This document shows positions 51,762 through 61,694 of a DNA stretch of 64,000 bases, piece by piece (within the stretch, counting starts at the first letter, position 1; each line of letters starts with the position of its first letter). The stretch is taken from positions 1-64,000 of the forward strand of contig JBBQSO010000004.1 in assembly GCA_038213805.1 (NCBI GenBank), written 5' to 3'. The notes beneath the pieces were generated by a model that ran no database searches, was not told the origin of the DNA, and was given only the letters and a program-made list of their open reading frames with translations. The stretch is from Planctomycetota bacterium. Lineage in GTDB: Bacteria > Planctomycetota > UBA11346. Both the position numbers and the translations under genes were made by a program.

Positions 51762-51802
51762 AAAAAAAAGAGGCTTGGATCCTTGCCGGGATCCAAGCCT
51801 CT
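51762..51802 (-). terminator. Intrinsic terminator after tRNA-Val
   Basis: AGAGGCTTGGATCC/GGATCCAAGCCTCT stem followed by a T run. Confidence 0.88.
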
Positions 51803-51805
51803 GTC

Positions 51806-51881
51806 TGGTGGGCAGTACAGGATTTGAACCTGTGACCCCTCGCGTGTGAAGCGAATGCTCTAGCCACTGAGCTAACCGCCC
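51806..51881 (-). tRNA. tRNA-Val (CAC)
   Basis: GGGCGGTTAGCTCAG...TT-CAC-AC...GGTTCAAATCC...GCCCACCA; 76-nt cloverleaf with encoded CCA. Confidence 0.97.
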
Positions 51882-51977
51882 GAACCGGTCGGACGGGGAT
51901 CATGCGCCCTCGCTCCGATCTGCAAGGGCTGCACGGCGGCGCCTGGACTGCAGGCGGCTGGGTGCGGCGGCCTCTGC

Positions 51978-52403
51978 TCAGGCCGCGTGCAAGGGCGGCG
52001 ACGACCAGGTGCGGTGGGCGGCACCGGCGGCGCGGAAGATGTCGACGATGGTCTCGACTTCGTAGCCGTTGGCGGTTTGCACGCTGATCAGCACGCGGTT
52101 GTCGCTGCGGTTGCGACTCAGGCGGGCGCAGGCGAGGAGCGCGCCGAGCAGCCCGCCGCACAGCATGTCGAGCAGCGGGCTGCCGAGGCATGGTACGGCC
52201 AATGGCGACCACGCGGCCAGGCCGGCGAGCGCGGCGCCGACGCCGACGCCGATCACCAGGTCATGACGCAGACGCGCGAGTGGGTTGCTGCCGGGATTCA
52301 CGATGGCGATCTCTTCGGCGGTAAAGCCGGCCTGACGCAGGTCGTGAATAATGGCGGTGGCCTGTGCGGAAGCAGGGGCGACGCAAACGGCGGTGTGGCT
52401 CAT
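51978..52403 (-). CDS. Hypothetical membrane protein (general-stress-protein-like)
   Basis: IHDLRQAGFTAEEIAIV followed by a Gly-rich hydrophobic hairpin. Confidence 0.65.
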   Translation of the reverse strand: MSHTAVCVAPASAQATAIIHDLRQAGFTAEEIAIVNPGSNPLARLRHDLVIGVGVGAALAGLAAWSPLAVPCLGSPLLDMLCGGLLGALLACARLSRNRSDNRVLISVQTANGYEVETIVDIFRAAGAAHRTWSSPPLHAA

Positions 52404-52703
52404 GATTCCCTGTAGCCGGTGGGTCGACGAGGCAGCAGCCGTCGCCGGTATCGTGGCCGGGTGCTTAAGGTCTGGACGCGACGCGCTGTTCAGGCGCGCG
52501 CAGCGAGAGGTTCGACGCAGCAGAGGCGGCAGTGTCCTACGCGCGTGCCACGGAAGAGGGCGCCTGGCGCTGTAATAGTATGCAAATGGTTAAAAATAAA
52601 CGACCTGCGACGGTATCGCAGGTCGTTCAGCGGTTCGGGTCTAGGCCGACCCGCGGTATACTCCGAGCCAGCCCGCACCCAGAGGCGATGCGGGCAGGCG
52701 GAC

Positions 52704-53552
52704 TCAGGCCACCGCGGAATGGACCACGTGGTCCTGCGCGGTGCGCAGGTCGAATGCCGCTGCGAGCAGCTCGGCGAGCGGCAGGGTGCCAGGGCTGCCC
52801 AGAGCCGTGATGCGCAGGGATCCTTCGCGCGCTGGTTCGTCATCGGCCTCGATGCCAACCTCGATCGCCGGGGCGAGGGCGCCGTCGGCCACCGCATCAG
52901 CGCGCCGCACCACCGCCACGCCGCGCGCGGCGAGGAGCAGGGCGGTGAGGTCGGCGAGCGGCTCGGCAGCCTCGCCGAGCGCGACCACCTGGGTCACCGC
53001 GCCGCGCACCGGATGGCGGCGCAACAGCTGCCGGCAGCGTTCGCTGGCGAGCTGGATGAGGCTCTCCTGCTGCGGCAGGGTACGGCCGTGATGGTGCAGT
53101 TCGGCCAAGCCGATCAGCAGCGGCGCGAGCACCGCGCCGATCTCGTCGCTTGGGCGCAGGTCGATGGGCGCGAGCTGGACGATCTCCAGGGCGCGTCCGG
53201 AGTGCTGGTGTTCCATGGCTTCCATCAGCTGGTCGCGCAGGCTTCTGGCGCGGCGGTCGGCGCTGGCCGGCAGGGCGCGCGCGTGATCGAGGCGCAGATG
53301 CACCTCGCGGCCAGGGATGGCGGGCCAGCGCGGCAGGCCGTCGATGATCAGCTTGCTGATCGCCATGCCGCCGCGCACCAGCTCGGCGGCGTGCTTGAGT
53401 TCTTCGAGGTCGTGGGCCGAGAATACGCGGTAGCCGTTGCGCAGGCGCTTTGGGCAGGGCCAGCCGTAGCGGGTCTCCCACACGCGCAGGACGCTGGGGG
53501 CGAGGCCGCTGATGCGCGCGGCGTGGCTGATGCTGTAGGTCGTGTCGGGCAT
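52704..53552 (-). CDS. MerR-family regulator, CarA/CarH/LitR-like
   Basis: YSISHAARISG...LRVWETRYG...NGYRVFS...GMAISK; GAGGA RBS. Confidence 0.85.
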   Translation of the reverse strand: MPDTTYSISHAARISGLAPSVLRVWETRYGWPCPKRLRNGYRVFSAHDLEELKHAAELVRGGMAISKLIIDGLPRWPAIPGREVHLRLDHARALPASADRRARSLRDQLMEAMEHQHSGRALEIVQLAPIDLRPSDEIGAVLAPLLIGLAELHHHGRTLPQQESLIQLASERCRQLLRRHPVRGAVTQVVALGEAAEPLADLTALLLAARGVAVVRRADAVADGALAPAIEVGIEADDEPAREGSLRITALGSPGTLPLAELLAAAFDLRTAQDHVVHSAVA

Positions 53553-53856
53553 GGCGGATTCCTCCTGGTGACCGTTATGGACGTTTTATCGAGGTACGTA
53601 AAAGAATCAAACACGGATTTGACCAATTTTTTGCCCTGCGGCTGGCCATGCGTCTGGCAAGCCCACGAACCTGATCGCCGATTCTGGACGATTTGACCGT
53701 ATTACGATTCAACCCCCATGGCTGTTTGAGGGCGGTATCCGGACTGACGGCATGTAACTGGTCGGCTTACCGGCCAGACTCCTAGCCTAGCGCCGCGCGT
53801 GCCGAAACCGCTTGGCGACACCCCTGCTCGCGGAGGGGCGGCGCGACCGCCGTCGT

Positions 53857-54867
53857 TCATGAGCCGCGCGCGATCACCAGGTCGGCCGCCGCCAGTCCCG
53901 ACAGCGCGGCGCCCTCGATGCGCGGGCGCGCGCCGAAGGCGTCGCCAGCCAGGATCACGCGCGCCGCGGCATCCACCGCCAGGCATGGCTCGACCAGGGT
54001 GGTGGTAGCCAGGCTGTACCGCCAACGCTTGAGGTCCGTGGTCGCTGGCGCGTCCCAGGTGCCGGCAGCACCGGCGCGCCGCAGCGCGGCGGTGAGCGCG
54101 GGCACCAGCGCAGTGATCACCGCGGCCGGTTCGTCGTCATAATGCGCGCGGCTCCAGTCGCCGTTGGCGTGCACCACCAGCCCTTCACCGCTGGTGCGCA
54201 GGCCCTTGCCGCGCTGGCTGGCGATCCAGCCGATGGGTCCGTCGGTCAGACGCATGCCGCCTGGCGCCGGCAGCGCCGCGCCCATGGCCTGCGGATAGTC
54301 GAGCAGCAGGCATAGGCACGGCGCATAGGCGACGCCATCCAGGCGGCGGCGCAGCGCGGGCGCGAGCGGTGTGCCGCCTGCATCGAGCAGCGCCAGCGTC
54401 TGCGCCACCGGCGCGGTGGCGATCAACGTGTCGGCGCGCCAGGTGCAGCCCGCGGCGTGGGCGGTCGCGGCGTCGCCGTCGCTGGCGATGGCGGTGATGG
54501 TGGTGTCGAGCTCGACAGTCAGCCCGACGGCGAGGTGCTTGGCGAGGTGCGTCATGCCGCCGGGTGCGCGGTAACGCGGAAAGCCGTCCGCGGCCACGCG
54601 GCCATCGTCAGAAAGGAAGCCGCGGCCCCATTCTGCCACCGCTCCAGCGCGTTCCCATTCCGCCACCAGGGCGGCAAAGCGCGGCTCGCGCACGCTCAGG
54701 AACTGGCCGCCGTGGTCGAACACCTGGCCAGCGATGCGCCGCGTCGCGAGCCGTCCACCGACCCCGCGGCCCTTGTCGAGCACGGTCACCGTCCAGCCGG
54801 CATTGCGCAGGCTGCGCGCGGCGAGCAGGCCGCTGATGCCGGCGCCGAGGACGATGGCAGTGGGCAT
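53857..54867 (-). CDS. FAD-dependent oxidoreductase, renalase family
   Basis: GAGISG, DKGRGVGGRLATRR, FDHGGQ, RWRYS, IEGAALSG. Confidence 0.88.
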   Translation of the reverse strand: MPTAIVLGAGISGLLAARSLRNAGWTVTVLDKGRGVGGRLATRRIAGQVFDHGGQFLSVREPRFAALVAEWERAGAVAEWGRGFLSDDGRVAADGFPRYRAPGGMTHLAKHLAVGLTVELDTTITAIASDGDAATAHAAGCTWRADTLIATAPVAQTLALLDAGGTPLAPALRRRLDGVAYAPCLCLLLDYPQAMGAALPAPGGMRLTDGPIGWIASQRGKGLRTSGEGLVVHANGDWSRAHYDDEPAAVITALVPALTAALRRAGAAGTWDAPATTDLKRWRYSLATTTLVEPCLAVDAAARVILAGDAFGARPRIEGAALSGLAAADLVIARGS

Positions 54868-55042
54868 GGCGCTGCGCTCCGCGGCGCAGCATCGCACGGT
54901 GTTGGCGCGCACGCCAGTGCGCAGCGCCGCATCATCACGACCCGCGCGCAGCGCGGCGCCCTGCGGTTTGCATGGCTGCACCGCGCGCGCGGCCTGCGCA
55001 TCGCACCCCACCTGCGCGCTGCGCCCCGCACCATCAGTGAGG

Positions 55043-55879
55043 TCAGATTTGCAGGTGGATGTCGAGTCCGGCCTCGGCGATCTGCAGAGTCTCCTCCGCA
55101 TGCCCGGTCCAGCCCAGCGCCTGAGACAGCTGCGCCGCGGCTGCGACGACCATGGCGGTGACCGGAGCGAGGCGCTCGTAAGGCAGGCGGGCGGAGGTGG
55201 TGATGATGCCGAGCGCGGCGATCACGCGATCGGCGCGGTCGCGGACCGGCGCGGCGATGCAGCGCACGTCGCTCTGCAGCTCGCCGTCGTCGACGGCGAA
55301 ACCCTGGCGGCGCACGAGCTCGAGTTCGGCCTCAAGGCGGGGGCGCGAAGTCAGGGTGCGCTCGGTGCGGCGCTCGAAGGTCACCGCGGCGAGCAGCAGG
55401 TCCGCAGCCGACCTGACGGAGAAGGCGAGCAGCACCTTGCCAGGCGCCGAGCAGTGCAGCGGCACGGCACTGCCGGCGTCGGCCGAGAGCGTGGCCGGAT
55501 GCGGGCAGTCGCAGGTGTCCAGCAGGAAGATGCTCTGGTCCTGGGCGACGGCGACGTGGGCGGCCTCGCCACTGGCCGCGACCAGCTGCTTCAGCACGCC
55601 TTGGGCATTGGCGTGCAGCTCAAGTTTGGTCAAGGCGGCCAGTCCAACCTGCACCACGCCCATGCCGCAGCGATAGAGGCCCTTGTCCTCAGACGCGAAG
55701 CCGGTGTGGCAAAAACTCCGCAACATCCTGTAAGCGCTCGTTTTAGGGACGCCGGTCAGACGGCTGACCTCACCCAGGCTGGTGCCCTGCGGACGCTTGC
55801 CGAGCAGGGCCAGCACGGCGCAGCTCTTGATCACGTTGGGGATGGTGTGGGCGGGCACGGGCGGGCGGGCGTTTTCCAT
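55043..55879 (-). CDS. IclR-family transcriptional regulator
   Basis: HTH (LGEVSRLTGVPKTSAYR), PLHCSAPGKVLLAF, RCIAAPV. Confidence 0.9.
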   Translation of the reverse strand: MENARPPVPAHTIPNVIKSCAVLALLGKRPQGTSLGEVSRLTGVPKTSAYRMLRSFCHTGFASEDKGLYRCGMGVVQVGLAALTKLELHANAQGVLKQLVAASGEAAHVAVAQDQSIFLLDTCDCPHPATLSADAGSAVPLHCSAPGKVLLAFSVRSAADLLLAAVTFERRTERTLTSRPRLEAELELVRRQGFAVDDGELQSDVRCIAAPVRDRADRVIAALGIITTSARLPYERLAPVTAMVVAAAAQLSQALGWTGHAEETLQIAEAGLDIHLQI

Positions 55880-56041
55880 ACCTGGAAACAGCGATCGGGG
55901 GGTGAGGTTAACAGGGACTTGTCGCAGTCCTCGGGTCGCGTGCGGATGGGAACGTCCCACCCGTGGCCAGAGCAGCCAGCCCCCGAAGGTCAGCCACGTC
56001 GCGTCTGGTCGACGTGGCGGAGAAAATACCCAGAAGTGCGA

Positions 56042-56929
56042 TCAGGCGCGGCGGCGGGTGGCCTTGAGGCCGAGGAAGCCGCGCGCGAATGCGGAGAGTT
56101 CGCCCATCGAGCCGGCGAGGTGGAGGTTGCCGGCGCTGCACAGTCCCGCCTGCGCGAGCTGGCCGAGGGCCGGACCAGCGACCACCAGCGGCACGTTCTC
56201 GAGTTCGGCGGCGAAGCGGCGGATGTGCTTGACGGTGGCGACGTGGTCCTTGATCACGGTTACCGTGCGCCAAATCAGCTTCGGGCGATGGCGGATCATG
56301 GCGGCGCGCAACACGCTGCAGGTGGTCAGCGGGCCCAGGTTGATGGTGCGCCAGCCGCACTCGGCGAGGGTGACCGCGGCCATCAGCGAGGGCAACGCGC
56401 ACGGATCGTCGCTCCAGGTCGCGCCGATCGCTGCGGGCGCCTGCGGGCCGGGTTCGGGCAGCAGCTGGCGCAGCGACTCGAGCGCCTGCTTGCAGATCGC
56501 CACCGCCACGTGGTGGGCGGCGACGCCCTCCTCGCCCTCCTTGAGCAGGGCGCAGAAGCGGCCCATGGCGCAGCGCAGGGCGCCGTCGCACAGCGTGGCG
56601 ATGTTCTGACCGTCGACGAAGGCGGCCTGGAGCAGGGCGCGCGCCTGGCCCGCATCGCCGTCGAAGAGCGCCCGGTAGAGGCGGTCGTCGGGCTGGTGGC
56701 AGGCGGCCACTGCGCCCACCGCCACGTCCAGGCCGAGGCAGGCGGCATTGCGCACCGCGACCTTGCCCGAGCGGGCGAAGCGGACCGCCTCTTGCAGGGG
56801 GATGCGGCGGTGACCACCGGCGGTGCGGCTGACGGCGATCTCACCGTCATCGATCCAGCGCTTGAGCGAGGACTCGCTCAGGCCGATCGCCTGGGCCAGT
56901 TCGCGGGGTGATAGGAAGGCTTTGGTCAT
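56042..56929 (-). CDS. MerR/excisionase-like HTH plus degenerate cobalamin-binding domain regulator
   Basis: SPRELAQAIGLSESSLKRW...RTAGGHRR; helical cap and Rossmann-like GWRTINLG region. Confidence 0.8.
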   Translation of the reverse strand: MTKAFLSPRELAQAIGLSESSLKRWIDDGEIAVSRTAGGHRRIPLQEAVRFARSGKVAVRNAACLGLDVAVGAVAACHQPDDRLYRALFDGDAGQARALLQAAFVDGQNIATLCDGALRCAMGRFCALLKEGEEGVAAHHVAVAICKQALESLRQLLPEPGPQAPAAIGATWSDDPCALPSLMAAVTLAECGWRTINLGPLTTCSVLRAAMIRHRPKLIWRTVTVIKDHVATVKHIRRFAAELENVPLVVAGPALGQLAQAGLCSAGNLHLAGSMGELSAFARGFLGLKATRRRA

Positions 56930-57004
56930 GGCGCGATCTGCTCTTTTAGAGCCCGTGCCACGGCGGGCAACGGCGGAACCGGCAGGCTGCCACGGGTCGC
57001 CTCT

Positions 57005-57616
57005 TCACCCGTTCCACAGCGTGCGCTTCATGCCGATCAGGGTGAACAGTTCGAGGCGGCTGGGGGGGTTGTCGAGGAACACCCCGTGCAGCTTGCTGGT
57101 GGTGGTCCACGAGCCGGGCTTCTTCACGCCGCGGTAGCACATGCAGAAGTGCTGGCACTGCATGATCACCGCCACGCCCTGGGGGTGCAGCACGTCCTGG
57201 ATGGTGTCGGCGATCTGGGTGGTGAGCTTTTCCTGGATCTGCAGGCGGCGCGAGAAGGCGTCGACCACGCGCGCGAGCTTGGACAGGCCCACCACCCGGC
57301 CCTTGGGGATGTAGGCGACGTGGGCCTTGCCGACGAACGGCACCATGTGGTGCTCGCAGTGGCTGTGCACGTCGATGTCGCTGACCAGGACGAGTTCCTC
57401 GTAGCCGCCGACGTCCTCGAAGGTGCGCTCAAGGAAGGAGCGCGGATCGACGGCGTAGCCGCCAAAGTGTTCGGCCATGGCCTTGACCACGCGGCGGGGC
57501 GTGTCGACCAGACCTTCGCGGTTGGGGTCCTCGCCCATGTGGCGCAGCAGGCCGCGCACATGGCCCATGGCCTCCTGCACGGCGGGGTCTTCCGGATCGA
57601 TTTCATGGTCGGACAT
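57005..57616 (-). CDS. folE: GTP cyclohydrolase I
   Basis: [36 protein letters not shown]. Confidence 0.96.
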   Translation of the reverse strand: MSDHEIDPEDPAVQEAMGHVRGLLRHMGEDPNREGLVDTPRRVVKAMAEHFGGYAVDPRSFLERTFEDVGGYEELVLVSDIDVHSHCEHHMVPFVGKAHVAYIPKGRVVGLSKLARVVDAFSRRLQIQEKLTTQIADTIQDVLHPQGVAVIMQCQHFCMCYRGVKKPGSWTTTSKLHGVFLDNPPSRLELFTLIGMKRTLWNG

Positions 57617-57680
57617 GGAAGAGCAGTCTGGGCGCGCCAAGCTGGGTTTCCACCGGCGAAGGTGCCAGGGTGCGGCGTGC

Positions 57681-58115
57681 TCAGCCCGGCTGGTCGATCA
57701 TCTCGATGCGGCGCTGGTGACGGCCGCCTTCGAAGGGCGTCTCGAGCCAGACGTCGACGATGGCCAGGGCGAGCTCGGTACTGACCAGGCGCGCGCCCAG
57801 GGCGATGGCGTTGGCGTCATTGTGGGCGCGGCCCAGCCTGGCGGTCTCGACATTGAAACAGTACGCGCAGCGCACCCCCGCGACGCGGTTGGCGACGATC
57901 GCCTCGCCGTTGCCGGAGCCACCCAGGACGATGGCGCGCGCGCAGCTGCCGGCGGCCACCGCCTCCGCGGCCGGGCGCATGAAGCGCGGGTAATCGCAGG
58001 GGTCGGGGGTGTCGGTGCCGAAATCGACGACCTCGTGGCCGCGCAGGCGCAGGTGGGCGGCGATCGGCCCCTTGAGCGGGAAACCGGCGTGGTCGGTGGC
58101 GAGGGCGATGCGCAT
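57681..58115 (-). CDS. rpiB: Ribose-5-phosphate isomerase B
   Basis: [25 protein letters not shown]. Confidence 0.95.
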   Translation of the reverse strand: MRIALATDHAGFPLKGPIAAHLRLRGHEVVDFGTDTPDPCDYPRFMRPAAEAVAAGSCARAIVLGGSGNGEAIVANRVAGVRCAYCFNVETARLGRAHNDANAIALGARLVSTELALAIVDVWLETPFEGGRHQRRIEMIDQPG

Positions 58116-58177
58116 GGTTGCAGCGTGGCGCCAGGGGCGGCTGGGCAACGGCCGTGCGCCGCGCGCCCGGTCGTGCG

Positions 58178-58660
58178 CTAGGCAGAGGCCATGGCCGCGC
58201 CGCGCGGGCGCAGCATCAGTCTGCGCAGGAAGCGGGCCAGGCGCGCGGCCGCGGCCGCGTCACGCGGGCGCTCCAGGCAAGCGGTGGCGCCCTCCTGGGC
58301 GCAGCGGAAGCGCAGTTCGGGATCGTCTGCGGCGGCCACCATCACCGTCTGCAGATGGCGCATTTCAGGCGTGTGCCTGATCAGGCGCAGCAGGTCGAGC
58401 CCGCGGATGCCCGGCAGGTCGAGATCGATCAGCACCAGGTCGGGCAGCGGGCCGGCGTCGCCACCCGTGGCCAAGCGCAGCTGGACGACGGCGAGGTGGC
58501 CGGTGGTCGCGGTCTCGACGCGCAGGTCGGTGCCGAGCTCGGCGACCAGTGCGGCGTACTCGCCAGGGCGGCGATCGACGATGAGCAGACCCGGCGCCGG
58601 GCTGGGCGCCTCTGCGTGCGGGGCGGGAGGAGCTGTGAAGATGGGGGGGAAGGTAGACAT
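58178..58660 (-). CDS. Atypical single-domain receiver protein
   Basis: PDLVLIDLDLPGIRGLDLL; acidic pocket and conserved Lys degenerate. Confidence 0.7.
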   Translation of the reverse strand: MSTFPPIFTAPPAPHAEAPSPAPGLLIVDRRPGEYAALVAELGTDLRVETATTGHLAVVQLRLATGGDAGPLPDLVLIDLDLPGIRGLDLLRLIRHTPEMRHLQTVMVAAADDPELRFRCAQEGATACLERPRDAAAAARLARFLRRLMLRPRGAAMASA

Positions 58661-58849
58661 GACTACGGTACCATCGATGGCGGGATGAAGGTGGAATGAA
58701 GGGGGGGTCAGGGAATGGGATGGCGAATTGCGATCCGGTGGACGTCGGATGTGAGCATGCCGGCTCTGGCTTGCGCTGGGTCGGGGTGAACGGGAAGCTG
58801 GGGGCTGAAACGGGTGCAGGCCGCGCGAGCGGAGACGAGGACGGACGAC

Positions 58850-60124
58850 ATGTCGGCAACCTGGATGCGCGGTGCGGGAATGGTCCTGGCATTGCTGGGA
58901 TCCGGGGCGGCCGGTGCCGCGGTGGTGGGCGCGGACGCGGCGGCGCCGGAGGCGGTGGTGTCCGCCGCGGCCAACGCAGCGTCGTTCGCTGCCTTCGACC
59001 GCCGTGCGCGCGCCGGCGAAGCGCTCACCGTGGTGTTCTTCGGTGGCTCGCTGACCTGGGGCGCGAACGCCACCGACCAGCCGCACACCTCCTACCGTGC
59101 GCGCGTCATCGAGCGGCTTGAGGCGGCCTATCCCAGCGCCCGCTTCACCGGCCACGACGCGGCGATCGGCGGCACCAGCTCCATGCTCGGGGTGTTCCGC
59201 CTCGCGCGCGATGTCATGGCGCGCAAGCCCGACCTGGTGTTCCTCGACTTCTCGGCCAATGACGACATCGGCACCGTCGACGAGGAGACCCTGGCCTCGT
59301 ACGAGTCACTGGTGCGGCGCATGGTGGTCGCCGGCGTGCCGGTGGTGCAGGTCATCTTCCCCTTTCAGTGGAACGTCACCGCCGACGCCAAGCCGATGCC
59401 GAGGCGCACCGCGCACCAGGCCATCGCCCAGGCCTATGGCGTGCCCTCGGGCGATGCCATCGGCCTGATCGCGCAGCGTCTGGTCAGCGGCGCCAGCACG
59501 GTCGCCGAGGTGTGGCCCTACGACCCCGTCCATCCCGGCGACCGCGGCTACGAGCTGTTCGCCGAGGCGGCGTGGGGCGCGCTGCGCGCTGGCATCGACG
59601 GCGGCGCGGTGTGCCGCGCCCCGGCGCGCATGCTGCACGCCGACACCTGCATGGCGTGGGCGCGGGTGCGCCTCGCCACGCTCGCGCCGCTGCCGGCCGG
59701 TTGGAAGGCCGCCCATCCCGACCTGGTGTCGGCCTTCTACGACATGCTCATGTCGCGCTGGCAGGACGATCAGGCCGTGGCGGAGTCCACCGCGACGAGC
59801 GCGCCGGCGCCGTTCGTCTGCACCGTCCAGGCCGGCACCGTGCTGATCTTCGGCGAGAGCACGGAGAAGTCCGGCAGCTACCAGGTGCTGATCGACGGCA
59901 CGGCCCAGGTCCCGCCCGGCAGCAAGACCGGTGCGGACATCGATGCCGGCGCCTTTGCGCGCAATGCCCATGGCAACGTCCACCACGTGGTGGTGGTGAC
60001 GACGACGCTCGATCCGGCACAGCCGCATCATGTGACCATCGTCCCGCACCTCGTCGCCGGGCAGGAGCTGCGGCTGGAGAGCATCTGCGTGGCGGGTGGG
60101 GCGGCGCGCGTGGTCGCGCCGTAG
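58850..60124 (+). CDS. Exported SGNH/GDSL-family esterase
   Basis: FGGSLT, AIGGT, FSAND, DPVHP blocks; signal peptide. Confidence 0.85.
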   Translation: MSATWMRGAGMVLALLGSGAAGAAVVGADAAAPEAVVSAAANAASFAAFDRRARAGEALTVVFFGGSLTWGANATDQPHTSYRARVIERLEAAYPSARFTGHDAAIGGTSSMLGVFRLARDVMARKPDLVFLDFSANDDIGTVDEETLASYESLVRRMVVAGVPVVQVIFPFQWNVTADAKPMPRRTAHQAIAQAYGVPSGDAIGLIAQRLVSGASTVAEVWPYDPVHPGDRGYELFAEAAWGALRAGIDGGAVCRAPARMLHADTCMAWARVRLATLAPLPAGWKAAHPDLVSAFYDMLMSRWQDDQAVAESTATSAPAPFVCTVQAGTVLIFGESTEKSGSYQVLIDGTAQVPPGSKTGADIDAGAFARNAHGNVHHVVVVTTTLDPAQPHHVTIVPHLVAGQELRLESICVAGGAARVVAP

Positions 60125-60133
60125 GAAGTGTGA

Positions 60134-61516
60134 TCAGCCAGCGGTAGTGGACACGCTTCCGGGATGCGGCGTGCGCGGCTCGGTGCGGCCGGCCGCCAGG
60201 CACAGCCCGAGCGTGGTGCAGAACACGTAACTGGTGGCGGTGTGCCCCGCGAGGTTCTCGAATTGGCCAGCGACCAGGTAGGTGGTGATCAGCGCGGCGG
60301 CCATCGCCCAACGCTGTGGCTGGCTGCGGCGGGTGCGGAATGCGGCGAGAAGCAGCGTTGCGATCCACGCCGCATGCAGCAGCGCCGCCGGGATGCCGTG
60401 CTCTGCGGCGATCGCCAGATGACTGTTGTGGGCGTCCGGAGCCTCTTTCGCGGTGCCGCTGGCATCGTGGAGCGCGAGTTCTGGATAACGCGCGCGATAG
60501 GCGTCTTTGTAGGCCTCGGGACCGCCGGTGCCGAGCAGCGGTGCGTCCGCGATCAGGCTGGCGGTGGTCCGCCAGATCGCCAGGCGGCCGTCATCGCCGC
60601 GCGCCACCTCCAGGATGTGGACCGGGGCCAACAGCCAGGTGTAGGCGGAAAATGCCGCGACCAGGACCAGCGCGGCCGCTGACCCGATCACCAGACCGCG
60701 CCAGCCGCGGCCGGCAACCAGCCCGGCACCGACGCCCGCGGCAGCGGCCAGGAACGCGCTGCGCGCATTGGCGGCCAGCAAGCCGACACAGGCCAGCGTC
60801 AGACCGCACCAGCGGCGTACGCGGCCCGCAGCCGTATCGACCGTCGGCAGGTGCAGGAAGACCAGGGCCACCATCGCCATGGTGAAGGCCAGGGTGAGGT
60901 GCACCGGCGCGAAACCGGTGCTGTGCTGGAAGCGCTCGCCCAGTGGTGGCGCAGCGATGTGAAACGGCGGTCTGCCGCCCAACCCGATGGTGAACTGCAG
61001 CAGCGCCACCACCACCGCCGCCGCGGCGGTCGCCAGCAGCGCGCGGCAGGCCCACATGCGCACCCGCGCGTCGGCGAATCCCACCTGGGCCAGGTAGAGG
61101 GCGATCCAGCTGTCCATCATGCCGAGGCCGCCAAGCGGATGCGGATGGCGGTGCAGGGCCAGGACGGTCAGCACGCTGAACACTTGCCACGCCGCGAAGG
61201 CCGCGGCGCACCAGAAGCCCGGCAGGCGGTGCAGCGGGGGCCTGGCGAGCAGCGCACCCACCGCCGCGAGGCCATAGGCCAGGTGCATCACCGCCAAGCC
61301 CAGGCACAGCGCGGCCAGCGCCGTGGCCACGCCGATCTGCATCAGCAGCAGGCCGATGCGCCGGGGGTGGGAGGCGGGGAGGGAGGCGAGGTGGGTGAAG
61401 AAGGAGGCGAGGGGCTCACTGGCCTGGACGGACAGCGGCAATGGCGGCGCGGATGCGCTCACAGGGCGTTCGGCATGCAACACGGTGAGGGGGAAGGTGG
61501 GGCTGGCAGTGGACAT
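60134..61516 (-). CDS. O-antigen ligase (Wzy_C) family membrane protein
   Basis: ARSAFLA, RLAIW, PLLGTG, DAHNSHL; start uncertain (61516 or 61531). Confidence 0.8.
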   Translation of the reverse strand: MSTASPTFPLTVLHAERPVSASAPPLPLSVQASEPLASFFTHLASLPASHPRRIGLLLMQIGVATALAALCLGLAVMHLAYGLAAVGALLARPPLHRLPGFWCAAAFAAWQVFSVLTVLALHRHPHPLGGLGMMDSWIALYLAQVGFADARVRMWACRALLATAAAAVVVALLQFTIGLGGRPPFHIAAPPLGERFQHSTGFAPVHLTLAFTMAMVALVFLHLPTVDTAAGRVRRWCGLTLACVGLLAANARSAFLAAAAGVGAGLVAGRGWRGLVIGSAAALVLVAAFSAYTWLLAPVHILEVARGDDGRLAIWRTTASLIADAPLLGTGGPEAYKDAYRARYPELALHDASGTAKEAPDAHNSHLAIAAEHGIPAALLHAAWIATLLLAAFRTRRSQPQRWAMAAALITTYLVAGQFENLAGHTATSYVFCTTLGLCLAAGRTEPRTPHPGSVSTTAG

Positions 61517-61694
61517 CGCAATGGTGCGCATGGCAGGACGGCATCCCGACGTCTATCCAGATGCCGGGATCTTGGGACGCGGTGCGTCAGATATAGCAGC
61601 CATCACCTCAGCGCTCCAGCGGCGGGCCGCAGGGCCGGGCGCAGACACGCCCCTCCTGCGACGCACGGCGGAGGAGGGGCCTGAATGACTTGCT

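Noticed and set aside
51806..51881. tRNA-Val as an integration site for a genomic island
   Set aside because: No integrase and no duplicated tRNA 3' end seen; the terminator follows directly
53560..53800. AT-rich region as a CarH-type 11-bp direct-repeat operator
   Set aside because: TNGAC words are present but not at a regular 11-bp period
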